This document shows, one piece after another, positions 37,201 to 46,230 of a DNA stretch of 64,000 nt. Source of the stretch: Amphiscolops sp. MND2022 (Eukaryota). A program made the translations under genes and the position numbers. The notes beneath the pieces were generated by a model. It did not search any database. It was not told where the DNA came from and worked only from the letters and a program-made list of their open reading frames with translations. The stretch covers positions 27,034,001 through 27,098,000 of the forward strand of contig OZ076409.1 in assembly GCA_964187785.1 (NCBI GenBank). Reading direction: 5' to 3'. Position 1 is the first letter of the stretch. The number at the start of each line of letters is the position of its first letter.

Positions 37201-39414
37201 GGCGGTTGACAACAGGTGTTCGACCGGTGCCCTGATCAACCAGTTCGTGAGACCCTCAGCCAGCACAGTGGTGGCCCGTTCCAAACCCCCCTCTTACCCC
37301 CAGCCTATTCCTCTGAACACTTCTTCCAGTGCGTCTACGATCGGCATAGGTGCACGAAACAGTGATGACGTAAGAACTGTTCAAATATTATTCAGGAATC
37401 GAAAAGGCCCTTCGTAATTCTAATATTCCAAACATTTGTTCCCTAAACAGTCAAAAATGCAGATAGATGCGTTAAATTATCTTTGAATTGTTAGTATTGC
37501 AATAATTTGGTGATGCAAAATTCCCGGGTTTCCCAACCAGGTTGATCATACTCTGATCATATATATTTTTCTTTTTTTTTTCTATGATCTTACCATGATC
37601 AATCTGGAATTTTATATGATTCAGAGTATGGTCATCCTGGAACCATAAACCTTTTTGGTCCACCTGTTTTTGCATGGGATGGAAACCAAAACAACGTTGA
37701 AAAAATCGAAAAACCATGTTTTTGAAGCATATTTCATATCTTTGCACTTCGGGACCTCTAAAAGCAATTTTAGGAAAGCTTCGAATATGTTGCATACATG
37801 CGAACCTTGAAAGTATTTTTAGTGATTGTTTTTCACCAAAAAGTTTAGGCCACATATGTTTTTTGGCCAGGACAACATTGAAAACTGTTCGAAAATAGAG
37901 AAACGTTTTTTTGCAATCAACTGGTTGTTTGAAGTGCTAAAGAAGTGAGCCTTTCCGCTTTTTCCCACTATGTGCTTTTTTGAAACCCAAGTTTTTGACG
38001 GATAATATATTGCTAAAACAAAATGCGATTGAATTCTCACGCTTTGGCGGTTGCCAGTTTTTGTTTCTCCAGGACACTTTTGTTACGATTGTGCTCTGAT
38101 TAATGTTACCTTCTCGTGACATAATATAGGTCTCTTAATCGTTTCAAGCATGCCGCTAGCATTTCATACAATGTAAGGTAGAAAGTATGGTTTAGCCATC
38201 CTTTTTCCGAGTTTTGAAGAACCAAGGGATCTCATTTTCCCGTTATAGTTTTATTTTTGAGAGAACTCAATTAACTTTTCTACTATCGAAATGATTCAAT
38301 AATTCTAATGATGAACTTTATGATGATCTTATTTATTTGGGTGACAAATAAAACAAAAGATCCTAATGTACACTTGATCTCATAGTCCGGTAAAACCCGT
38401 TATGATCGATAACTGTTTCCTTATTCAAAGTTATCAGCCATCAAGATTTTCTGGAAATGTTTTGCAACTCGTTTGACCTAAAAGCAAAATAGCAAACAAA
38501 ACGTCAAATTGTTAGCAATTATTTTCCCAGGAAATGTTTTTGGGCTGTCATTTAGCGTGTTTGTTAGTTTGTCGACCCAGTATTGCGTGCGGTATGCTTC
38601 CGGTTTTGTGGCTCTCGACTACTTGTGACTTCTTTTGAGGCGAACTTACTTCTCAATGACAAGTTGATTCGTTTCTAATAGCCTTAATTTGGCATTTGTC
38701 GAATTCTTTGAAACAAATTTAAGTCCTTCGAAATAATGTACCTGATTTCATTCAAGCATGAAAGAAGGAATAATTTTCAAAACTGATGGTCATGTTTTGT
38801 CACAGAATCTGAAAATAAACAATCTGGTAACAGATTTAGTCTTCGATGATAACGTGATATGCAAAAATTTTCTTCAAAATTCGAATAAATTCATTTTTCC
38901 GACGGTTTTTCGAGTGCAAACGAGTATTAAAGGGTATACCATTATATGAATTTCTAACAAAAGACCTCGTTGGTTTGCTTAGTTGCATTCGTTTTTTAGA
39001 TTGTTTGCTGCAAACAAGCCACGGAATGTAGGCTCACAAACAACTAAAAATTCACAGCTTTATATATCTGTAATTTTTTAATCGTATTACAACCCATTTT
39101 TTGAAGAATACTAATTGGCATGTTGATCATTTGAGCCAAACTATAAGACCACTGGACCAATATAAGTTATAACACCTTTTATTCGAACAGTGGAATGTTA
39201 CAAGTAGTGGATTCTACCGATTTACAAATCAAAAAATTAGCGTAACTGCTTTCTTGGGTGCCACCTTGTTACGTCATCAACGAGCCTAGGCTTTTTTGTT
39301 CAGGCTTCATCAGACAGATTGACGTCAACAGCGACAGAAGAGGATGTGAACCAGGCCACAGAGAAGATCATGGAACTCATGAGCAGGGTCAACCAGATCA
39401 GCAAGAATTTATAA
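1036..39414 (+). CDS. DCC/NEO1-like: DCC/neogenin/frazzled/UNC-40 family netrin receptor, 5'-incomplete. Join(1036-1252,2219-2581,3181-3371,12098-12361,14019-14119,23776-23980,24430-24542,24715-24919,25177-25320,25685-25834,27338-27518,28843-29066,29988-30266,31020-31139,37146-37369,39304-39414), about 1030 aa visible
   Basis: All 15 introns are GT-AG and the exon phases chain without a frame break. Six FN3 domains carry DCC-like motifs (TLSDMPS..WKPP..NGYLTGY; NGTGPHSEW..T..ELSEDTIPG; LRPNTHY..SAWS..ATTQEAAP; NGRIKGYII; YYFKMQA). A TM helix, a Pro-rich tail and the C-terminal P3-like EEDVNQATEKIMELMSRVNQI follow. Cytoplasmic exon boundaries are less certain. Confidence 0.88.
2219..2581 (+). 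CDS. DCC-like exon (FN3-1 C-part, FN3-2 N-part)
   Basis: tttcag / AG|gtaaat; DLTPSTSYSFIIRA..RPGKVQGL..LRW..YEVLY. Confidence 0.9.
3181..3371 (+). CDS. DCC-like exon (FN3-2 end, FN3-3 start)
   Basis: tttgcag / G|gtaacc; YSFVVRAKNKFGFG..TLSDMPS..WKPP..NGYLTG. Confidence 0.9.
4224..4984 (+). repeat. BEL/Pao 5' LTR
   Basis: Starts TGTGAA and ends TTCAC(C); the 3' copy ends TTTACA, implying an ancestral TGTGAA..TTCACA. The 5' boundary is inferred from this inverted terminus only. Confidence 0.7.
4988..5005 (+). promoter_or_regulatory. Primer binding site, tRNA-His-like
   Basis: TGGTGCTGCGGCCCGGGA lies 3 nt after the LTR and resembles the complement of the tRNA-His 3' end (TGGTGCCGTGAC..). Confidence 0.6.
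5330..10270 (+). pseudogene. BEL/Pao gag-pol pseudogene
   Basis: ORF fragments 6562-6924 (Zn knuckle, protease), 7630-8289 (RT), 8346-8759 (RNase H) and 8993-10266 (integrase); start approximate. Confidence 0.85.
10272..10885 (+). repeat. BEL/Pao 3' LTR, 5'-truncated
   Basis: Aligns by eye to 4371-4984; fused directly to the end of pol. Confidence 0.85.
11460..11826 (+). mobile_element. Decayed HINE-like element, opposite orientation to the other copies
   Basis: Ends AGACACCAACTTGGTTCCTTCCCGGTTTGTT, a decayed form of GCGCCGACTTGGGCCGTTCCCGGCTTGTT; left boundary approximate. Confidence 0.5.
12098..12361 (+). CDS. DCC-like exon (FN3-3)
   Basis: ttctag / G|gtttgt; GYSIKF..LDGLTRDTKYEVAVAAINTNGTGPHSEW. 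Confidence 0.9.
14019..14119 (+). CDS. DCC-like exon (FN3-4 start)
   Basis: cttcag / AAG|gttaaa; EDTIPG..TDTAISLSWDPP. Confidence 0.85.
14387..14818 (-). mobile_element. HINE/DINE-1-like non-autonomous Helentron, left part (continues at 23080-23189 after a nested insertion)
   Basis: Terminal hairpin AGACG-GGAA-CGTCT, subterminal AAGTCGGCGC (14407-14416), internal CATAGTGCCGAAAA/GGGGACC repeats; matches the 27695-28072 copy. Confidence 0.65.
14819..15570 (-). repeat. Left long direct repeat (3' LTR on the minus strand), 752 bp
   Basis: 13-bp perfect terminal inverted repeats; near-identical to 22323-23076. Confidence 0.92.
16613..17800 (-). CDS. Element-encoded protein of unknown function: coiled coil, Ser-rich linker and three AT-hook (RRGRPP) motifs
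   Basis: 395-codon open frame with a TTG start; the first ATG at 17710 gives 365 aa. GHRRGRPP, GRRRGRPP and GHRRGRPP lie near the C terminus, with a heptad-like QQLEALEQQMGEISISLVQSEIRMEKLLARVLAQMQ segment upstream. Confidence 0.65.
   Translation of the reverse strand: MLEILLTLTLTLNLGTLVVLVKQLEACKAEMKRWKIFHRLRSFFKGKKSVSAAQPMDVHDVQPQNESQMVDEHDRSTKLEDLNLKDWPLEDSFKPVFNFLDSMPSNSQDTEPERSIRTPSPSLVSSSKRSSLHEASIQFYQKQDQQLEALEQQMGEISISLVQSEIRMEKLLARVLAQMQSINAEVQAHLRNAEINVSNDVKSEPLTPLTKDMGVDPMSLDTTTIGMTDTLPEYHAGDNGLRERNLYSSDTKNERISISSSISLSQDSLSNSHFPGTKSLISTTKLLPSLLKDSFEPHSAKGGLRDFIQEDPPVFINWLPGGLAKTRPTGHRRGRPPRTDFEHSWQKVLLSLYDGRRRGRPPRPALPWSLRPKGHRRGRPPNNYSSLENFLYRIS
18480..20650. repeat. Highly diverged ~725-bp tandem repeat, about 3 copies, inside the element
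   Basis: Anchors GACGTTCCGTATCACCGT (18802), GACGTTCGGTATCACCGT (19530) and GACGTGCGGTACCACTAT (20253), spaced 728 and 723; other colinear anchors such as CACCAAACTTGG. Confidence 0.7.
22290..22307 (-). promoter_or_regulatory. Primer binding site, tRNA-Arg-like
   Basis: Minus strand TGGCGACCACAGAGGGAT resembles the complement of a tRNA-Arg(TCG)-type 3' end (..TCCCTYCGTGGTCGCCA); 15 nt inside the repeat boundary. Confidence 0.6.
22323..23076 (-). repeat. Right long direct repeat (5' LTR on the minus strand), 754 bp
   Basis: TGTAACGGCAAGC..GCTTGCCGTTACA. Confidence 0.92.
23080..23189 (-). mobile_element. HINE-like element, right part
   Basis: CACTGTAATAGTCGGGC..AAATGCGCCGACTAAAA terminus shared with the other copies. 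Confidence 0.65.
23776..23980 (+). CDS. DCC-like exon (FN3-4)
   Basis: ttttag / A|gttagt; IRGYQVQC..FRDLQPDTTYICALVAYN. Confidence 0.9.
24090..24345. repeat. Long imperfect palindrome (foldback) with no spacer, intronic
   Basis: Centre CTATTAGTA|TACTAATAG at 24218/24219; arms pair out to TTTCGTCTTTGT/ACAAAGACGAAA and more loosely beyond. Confidence 0.85.
24430..24542 (+). CDS. DCC-like exon (FN3-5 start)
   Basis: attcag / CAG|gtgagt; PSSAPTNVKVMPL..TISIRF. Confidence 0.88.
24715..24919 (+). CDS. DCC-like exon (FN3-5)
   Basis: tttcag / G|gtcaga; FSNLRPNTHYLFDV..SAWS..ATTQEA. Confidence 0.9.
25177..25320 (+). CDS. DCC-like exon (FN3-6 start)
   Basis: ttccag / G|gtattt; APGDAP..VLLTWRSPTLPNGRIKGYIISY. 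Confidence 0.9.
25685..25834 (+). CDS. DCC-like exon (FN3-6 end)
   Basis: atttag / G|gttgca; WAMEPIGGN..LKPESVYYFKMQA..WSD..RT. Confidence 0.9.
26647..26838 (-). mobile_element. Short internally deleted HINE-like copy
   Basis: AAGTCGGCG..AAAGCTCAAAAA and TAATAGTC..AAATGCGCCGCCTAAAA termini. Confidence 0.5.
27338..27518 (+). CDS. DCC-like exon (transmembrane helix)
   Basis: tttcag / AG|gttgga; VYIIIAAVIGASLIIICLILAFLVC followed by basic residues. Confidence 0.9.
27695..28072 (-). mobile_element. HINE/DINE-1-like element with both termini
   Basis: AACAAGCCGGGAACGGCCCAAGTCGGCGCC ... GAGTCGGG..CGCCGACTAAAA. Confidence 0.7.
28843..29066 (+). CDS. DCC-like cytoplasmic exon
   Basis: ttctag / G|gtcaga (an in-phase alternative donor follows 29084); GC-richer coding composition; phase fits. 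Confidence 0.75.
29988..30266 (+). CDS. DCC-like cytoplasmic exon (Pro-rich)
   Basis: ttcaag / G|gtcaat; MPTPGVPMP..MPPPPS; phase fits. Confidence 0.75.
30440..30650 (-). mobile_element. Truncated copy of the SINE at 39891-40281
   Basis: Shared GGCGCCCTTTCGGATACT and CAAAGGTCTGACTGCTCACCGTTGCTCTTTT. Confidence 0.7.
31020..31139 (+). CDS. DCC-like cytoplasmic exon
   Basis: gtgtag / A|gttagc; 120 nt, phase 1-1. Confidence 0.65.
31170..31335 (-). mobile_element. Truncated SINE copy (3' part)
   Basis: Shared GAATAAGCAGTTCTGCTTTTCTAAGTCGG..TTGAAGCTGTGGTTTCAAAGTGACTTGCTCA. Confidence 0.7.
32958..33610 (-). mobile_element. HINE-like element
   Basis: AAGGCTCAAAAAAGCGCAAAG start, TCCGGTTTTGTAT core, AAAGCGCCGACTAAAAA end. 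Confidence 0.6.
36318..36717. mobile_element. hAT-type MITE, 400 bp
   Basis: TIRs TAGAGCCTGGACCAGT / ACTGGTTCAGGCTCTG (2 mismatches); exact 8-bp TSD CTAAGCAA at 36310-36317 and 36718-36725; subterminal TTAACCG repeats. Confidence 0.88.
37146..37369 (+). CDS. DCC-like cytoplasmic exon
   Basis: ttccag / GAC|gtaaga; phase 1-0 fits its neighbours. Confidence 0.8.
39304..39414 (+). CDS. DCC-like terminal exon with P3-like motif and stop
   Basis: ttttgttcag acceptor; ASSDRLTSTATEEDVNQATEKIMELMSRVNQISKNL*, compare DCC P3 [20 protein letters not shown]. Confidence 0.85.
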   Translation, partial: ASSDRLTSTATEEDVNQATEKIMELMSRVNQISKNL

Positions 39415-39890
39415 TTAATTAATTGATTAATTATTTAATTAATTTATTAGTGGTCAATTCAGACCTGAATTGATTACAGAATCAGCAGACAGCCAAAACA
39501 GCACCACAATACCTTACATGTATTCAATTTGGAGATGCAATGCACAAACACTAACTTTCAACTTTTTTTAACGCAATTTGTTCGAAATATTTCGAAATCA
39601 ATATATCTTTTCCAATGAAATTGTTACTTTCTAACGAAGAGTTTGAGCTTTGTGGTATTCAGATGGAACCACGATATTGACTTCATTTCTTTTATTCTAG
39701 CAATTATTTGAAAACAAATTCTTGCCAAATTCCACTAAAAATTGCGTAATAATTTCGAAAGGTTCTTGTTTTGATCACAGTGAGACTACGTTGATGATAC
39801 AAGAACATGCCAAAAGTTCCATGTACGTTTTCCATAATGCTCATAAAAATTACATAGTGTACACAGAAATGATGTATTTCGATTTTGAGT

Positions 39891-40281
39891 GGGAGAGAGA
39901 AGAGAGAAGTTAATTTCCCCATTACCGCGGGGTGGACGCCGAATAAGCAGTTCTGCTTTTCTAAGTCGGCGCCCTTTCGGATACTATCTCCCCATAGCAA
40001 GCTATGGTACCATATTTGCAGCCAGGTGTTCAAGTAATGGTGGACTTGAAGCTGTGGTTTCAAAGTGACTTGCTCAAGGTCACAAAGGTCTGACTGCTCA
40101 CCGTTGCTCTTTTTGTTTTGCTTTTCTCCGCCAAATGCGTTATTTTTTGTCATTGACCATACCACTAAGCTAGGGATAAAGGACTTGCTTAAGGACCAAC
40201 AATGGTGAGTTGAGAGAGATTCGAACCTGATACCGCCCCAGTACAGGCCGAATGCTCTAACCACTACGCCATGCTCCCCCC
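39891..40281 (-). mobile_element. tRNA-derived SINE, near full length
   Basis: Minus-strand head GGGGGAGCATGGCGTAGTGG (A box)..GGTTCGAATCT (B box)..CACCA, then a GTCCTTAAGCAAGTC core-like segment and a CT-rich tail; two truncated copies at 30440 and 31170. Confidence 0.78.
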
Positions 40282-40996
40282 TTTTTATAAAAGGAGTGGC
40301 CTTTTTATAAACGCATTATCGAAAAAACGTCCTAGAAAAAGAACGGATTTTGAGTACCCATAAAATAACAATATTTTAGGAAACACATGACCTACGATTT
40401 TCGTCCTTTGAAAACGTTATACCGTTAAAATCACCGTAGAGTCAAGTTAATTATATTGACAAGGATTCAAATTTATCTAGGATTGGATCGTATTTGTGCT
40501 CAATTTGAGAACGAAAGAACACAAATCTCTTTTCATTTTAGCCAAAGCTTTTTGTAAGAAAAACAGACTATAAATGTTAACCGATATTTATATAACCTAA
40601 TTCAAACTTGGAGTTGAAAATTCTGCTAACTCAAACCTATCACGAAGAATGACCAATAGTACTAATCATTTTAGAAATATTAGAAATGAGTCAACTGGTA
40701 GAGAAAGCATGATTTTTTGCTCTTTGAGCTTGATACGAGAAGCAAAGTCGAAATTCCATGGATAAAGTTAGGATCTATGCGTCGACTAAGAACCAAAGCA
40801 AAACTGGAGGACAAATACAGTGTTGGTGAAAATGCTTCAGCATGTCATGAGAATTGCATGCTCGCAAAGTTGCATGTGGTATCAGGCAAATTGGAATCCC
40901 AAGGAAATATCCCAGATAACTGGACCATTTGCTGGACCACTCACGCTCCGAGAATCTTTCGATCTGCCTTGTTGCTGGCTGGACTCAAAATCGAAA

Positions 40997-41213
40997 TGTA
41001 ATAGACTAGGAAGATGTATAAGAATGTTGAATTAAAACGAGTATAGGTAAATCAACTCAGAGATAGAACAGTAAGTATTCAACGAACGTACTTGTATTCT
41101 AGCTCAAAACATAAATGTATAACATGTAGCACACATCGTAACGTTTCAAGGCTGATGTGTTGGCAGGTACTTGACCTTTTCTTCTAAGCCATGAAATGGC
41201 CATTCTTGCCACA
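40997..41213 (-). repeat. Gypsy 3' LTR (217 bp) with adjacent PPT at 41214-41223
   Basis: TGT..ACA ends; first ~50 bp match 46354-46404; adjacent TTTCCCCCTC is the minus-strand GAGGGGGAAA. Confidence 0.75.
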
Positions 41214-42189
41214 TTTCCCCCTCGGCGGATTAAGGGAACCAGTCTTGGTCATTGTTGCTCTTCTTCAGTGGAGGGAATGGTTTGTTCGGGTATCGCCTTG
41301 GGGGAGGACTATGTGTCTTTCCTAAACGACTAAACAACCTTTAGAAGTATTCGACCCCGCCGAGTTTTTCCACCCTCTTAGCGTTTTTATTCTCTCTGAT
41401 CTACGTGGTTCTATTTGATTCTCAAATCAAACTTTATTTCTTATTCCCTCATTCACATGTTCTGGCCTTATTTTACCTGTTTTTCCGTTGCTGGTCACTC
41501 CCTCTGCCCTTTCTGTTTCCCGGCATCTAATTGGGGTGCCAGACGGATCAGGCCGGCTCGTGCTTGGGGCTATTGCGGTGCTGCATCCTGTTGTTCAGCT
41601 GCACAGTTGGTAGTGCATGACTGGGTCCAGCGTCGTCTCGTGTGCCGTCGTTGGTGCTCTTTTCCACGATGAGACGTCTCTGTGTTTTGCAGTACTCTCC
41701 GCTGCTAAATGTTCCGCATCTGCGGCATCTGTTAGTTATCTTTTAAGGTTTGTCCGGTTTTCTTGAAGTCTGAAATTTTATCGGGTTAATTTTCCATGTA
41801 TAATTTTTCCTTCAGGAGTAGTCATGGTATGGTCAGTTTTCTTCACTGCGGTTGGTGTTTTATTCGTTTTAAATCCACATCTCATTGAATTTGGTTTCTT
41901 TTTCTTTTCATAAAACTGATTTGATTTAAAATCCCGGGCCACCGAACGGCCCTTTTTCCTGGTATTGTTCAGTACCATGTAGTCAGCCATCTCTCCATCA
42001 GAGTCATTGATTGTGAGCACTTGTAGTTCTGCTGTCTGGGCCGAAATTAAATTGGTTATTGTCTTCTTCCACTTAGATAAGATAAGAGGCATGCAGGCTG
42101 ACCGAACAAATTTGTAATTGCCATACGTGGATTGATTTCTGACTGAGTGCATTTGAAACGGTGTCATGTTTAATCTGCTATGAGGTGTC

Positions 42190-42984
42190 TGCCTAATTGT
42201 TTTTATAACTAAATGGACTCCTTCTTCGAATATTATTCCGTTCGCCGGGTTTGCTCTGGTTAACGATTTGATCGTCTGTATCGTTCGCTCGACTAAACCT
42301 GTGCCGGTATGTAAATTCGGAGTGCAGCGTGTTCGTTTAATGTTCTAACTCTCGCAGAATTCATTACTTTCAAAACAGCTGCCGTTCTCGGTTCGAATAC
42401 ACCGTGGTGTTCCGTTATCCGTGAAAAATTTTGTTAAAATTTTGTTGACATTTTGTTAAAACGGTCCCTGTATCCGCGTTTTTACAATTGTGTGCGGTGG
42501 GCCACTTGCTAAAACGGTCGATTGCTACCAAAATGTATACGTCGCAGCATGTCTTTGATTTGATTGGACCAACGAAATCTATTTGAATATTTTGATTTGG
42601 TGCAGGTAAAATTTCTAGTCTATTTTTTTCCGCTGATAGAATTTGCGTTTTAATATTCTTACCTGCTGCTCTACAGCTGGGACAAGTTTCCGCTTTCTCT
42701 CTAAATTCCCGGTACAATCCCGGCAACCAGAATGGTTCCGCCAGTTGACCTGTTTTTGTAGCTGAAGTATGGCCATGATGTAACATGGCGATAATTGTTG
42801 TTCTCATGGCCTCGTGAATTACGATTTTGTCGTGGTAAAACAGTAATTCGAATCTTGTTGTCAGGTGCATTCGTCGAGGGCGGTAAGTGTTGAACTTTTC
42901 CAATTGGTCCTTGTCGATGGTGGATATGGCGTTAAGGATCTTGACATCACTGGCAGTCTCGTCTACGAGCATAGGTAAGTCCAA
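42190..42984 (-). pseudogene. Gypsy integrase fragment
   Basis: HHCC zinc motif and the first D of DDE in ORF 42415-42984, frameshifted afterwards. Confidence 0.85.
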
Positions 42985-43839
42985 TGAGAAGTCTTTTTCA
43001 GCTCTCTTTATCGTTTCGGCTGTCCTTTCATTCTGATCTTTGTCAAGTGTATTGATCTTGGCTGTTTGTTTAGGTCTGATTAGGTTTACCGTCTCGTGTT
43101 TGCGAATTTTCTTTAGCGCGTTAGTAGGGCATTTGTCCTGTTTTACTTTGCTGATTTGACTCTCGCCATCCGATAAGTTGTTGTTGAGCCACGACTTATC
43201 ATTGTTTTGTTGAAATTTTTGTAATGGGGTCGAACTCAGGGTTTCGCAGTGATGGGAGAAACAGTCGTAAAAATCAATGTTTATTCAACTATTTGTTTGC
43301 GGCCGATCTGTGAGGCTCTGAATTCTTGTATTCTCTCATTATCTTTGCCCTCCAGACCATTATTGTTTTCTTTGGCTTCCGGATCTGCTTTCTTTCGATC
43401 CACAGGCGGTTCGTCTCCAGTGAGTGACCAAGTTTTTTAAAAGAAATCCTTGTCGATGCCATTTACTTTGTCCATTTTGGCAGTTGGGGATGAATCGTTC
43501 GAAGTTTATTTGAAGCGATCGAGGAAATAAACGGCGGCGAAGTTTCGAGCAAGTGGTTCTCTTGAAATTCGTTCACGCTTGTGTTTACTGCTTTGTGATT
43601 GGTGAGGTTTTTCTATCACGTTCGTTCGTTCAGTAAATCGCTTTATGCTTCCTCGCGTTTGGTTTAATTCAAAGAACCGTATATTTGAATAATCACGAAT
43701 TCTTATTCGACTTTTGTTTCGTTTTGACCGTCCGCTTTATTTTCTAGCTGGGTTGTACCGACCTGCACGATCGGATGTCGGCTCAAAAACAGCGGAATGT
43801 TTTTAACGGCTGTGTTCGGTACGTTAACGTCAAAATGGT

Positions 43840-46230
43840 TTAATCTGTCCAACCAACGTGTTAATCTCGCACTTTATTGCTTGTGAGCTGTTTCTTTTTA
43901 ATATTGGTTGGAGTGCTTGTTGATCTGTTAACAAACTAACCCTTTTTCCGTAAACGTTATATCTGAAGTATTCAAGTCTCCACAGTGCCCCTAATATAGC
44001 TCTCATTCGTTTTTTTTTGCGTATTCACAATCTGTTAAAAATCTACTTGCGAATGCTAAAGGTCCGAATACTTCACCTTCCTTCTGCCATAGTGTTGCCC
44101 CCAGTCCCGTGTTGCATGCATTAATTGCGATGTAGTTGTCTTTCGTCGGGTCGAAATGGGCCAAGCATGGTGCTTCTGTCTTTTTCTTTTTCAGTCTTTC
44201 GAAGTCCTTGTCTGTCTCCCAAGTCCATTCCCCGTTGTCATCTTTCTTCAGATGTTTTCTCATTCTGTCTGTTTTCTTGGAGAGATTGTTTATGAACTCC
44301 GATAGATGCTGGATTGAGCCCAGGAAGGATTTCAGTTCCTTTACGTTCTTCGGGGCTTTCAGTTTTGTAATGACCTCCTTTTTGTCCCTAATTGGTTTTA
44401 CCCCGCTCTGACTTATATAGTACACCAGCCACGTCGCTTCTTTTTCGAATAATTCTGTTTTCTTCTCGCTTGCTCGGTAGCTGGCGTCCTGTAGTTTGGT
44501 TAGAGTTTCTCGTTCTTCCCGCTCGTCTTCAATACTACCGTTTCTCCCGCAGATGATGTCATCTAGCCATACCGTTGTTTTGAAGTCCAGTACGGTATCG
44601 ATGTGTTCCTGGAATGCCGTGGGATTGTCCAATAATCCGTAATAGCCTTTCTTGAATCGGTAATGTCCCGTGAAGTCTCCTCCAATAATCGAGAATACGC
44701 AGTGTTCAGGTGCTTCTTTAAACAATTTTGCTCGTCCATAGGCGTAATCCAAGTCAATCTTTGACATCCAAATTTCACCATCGCTCTGGGTAACTTCGGC
44801 CGAAATTTTACTGATCAGTTCCTCCATGTTTGGCATCGCCGCCTTTCTTTTTACGCATGCTTCGTTCGATTTTCTCGAATCCAATGCTATTTTGACTGAT
44901 TTGTCCTTCTTTATTGTGATGACTGCGGGTGATATGAAACGTTTTTCGGTGGTATTATCTACCTTTTCGAGAAGTCTTTTTTCAATCAATTTTTCCAATT
45001 CTTGCCGTACAATTTTCTGAAAATGGATTGGCACTAGTCGTCCGTTTTGTTGAATCGGTTTGGAATCTTTCTTCAACTGGATATTGATCGTAGGATTTTT
45101 AATTGTGTGCTTGTTTTTGAATAGGTCTTCGTATTCATTGACAATTCCCTCTCGTCTTTCGTCTGCGTCAATATGTCGAATGATGTTGGTTTCCTGGGTT
45201 CCCTGCAGTCCAATTTCCAGTTTGTCTCGCCAATCCAGACCCAGCAGTGGTTGTGTATTTTGCTTTCGTTTTTGAGTATTGGCAGTATTTCCTTACTCTT
45301 TTCTGTTTTTACTTCCACCATTGCTTCGCCTTTGAATTTTATTGGATTTTTGTTCACGTCCACGAAGCTTTTTGACGCTTTCTTTATTTCGGTCGGGATG
45401 ATTACCGGTGGTATTATAGATACTGGAGAGCCGGTATCGATGATGAATTCTATTGGTTGTCCCTGGACCAATAAGATTGCTTTGTAAAAATCTACTCGAT
45501 TGATGGCGTTGACGGACTCTTTCCGGCCAAGACTCGCTGTTGCTCTCCGACCTCGGTGCTTCACGTACCCGGTTGATGGTTCTGGATATGCATAGTTTGG
45601 CAAAGTGTCCCATCTTCTTACAATTATTGCACTGTTGTTTTCGTGCCGGGCCTCTGTGCTCCAGGGACCAGTTTGATTTTCCGCAGAAACGGCAATTTCG
45701 GTTTGATATCTTCTTCTTCTCGAGCATTGCTGTCTTTCGCTTTCGTGAGTGGTTCGTATATGCGATCTGTTCGTCTTCTGATGAACTGTTTGATGAGCCT
45801 TTTCCGGGCTTTTTATTTTTTGTTTCTTGTCTCCGTATTTACGGTTGTAGTTGTCGAGCTCAATGGTTTCAAGTACCATCTTTAGTTTCAATGGGCCTTT
45901 TGAAAATTTGTCACGGGCCTTTTTGTCTTTTATGGTGGCTGCGAATTTGTATGTGATGATTTCTTCGGCTGTGATGCTACTGAATTCGCATTTATCTCGA
46001 TGTCCACCAATCTTTTCCAATCTTCGTTTCAGTGTTTCGTTTTTGTCCTGTTTCATATTGAAAAAGTGCCTTGCTGTGGAACACATTTCTTGCAGGCTGG
46101 AAAATTTTCTTGAAAAGCATCAGTAGATTCGATAAGTTGATGTTTTTTAATCTTTGGCCCCATTGGCCTCTCATGACTTCGTGTTTGGCTTTCGGACCGG
46201 TATCTTGTATTTACTTGGTTCGGTCCATTC
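43840..46230 (-). pseudogene. Gypsy gag-protease-RT-RNase H, frameshifted
   Basis: ORFs 45293-45727, 45073-46086 and 44003-45076; limits approximate. Confidence 0.88.

Noticed and set aside
39961..39973. AAGTCGGCGCC in the SINE body identical to the HINE subterminal repeat
   Set aside because: Only 11 bp with no accompanying hairpin or second terminus; cannot be distinguished from chance.
40203..40281. Functional tRNA gene (GTA, Tyr-like loop)
   Set aside because: The acceptor, anticodon and T stems pair poorly, and it is attached to a repeated body, so it is a SINE head.
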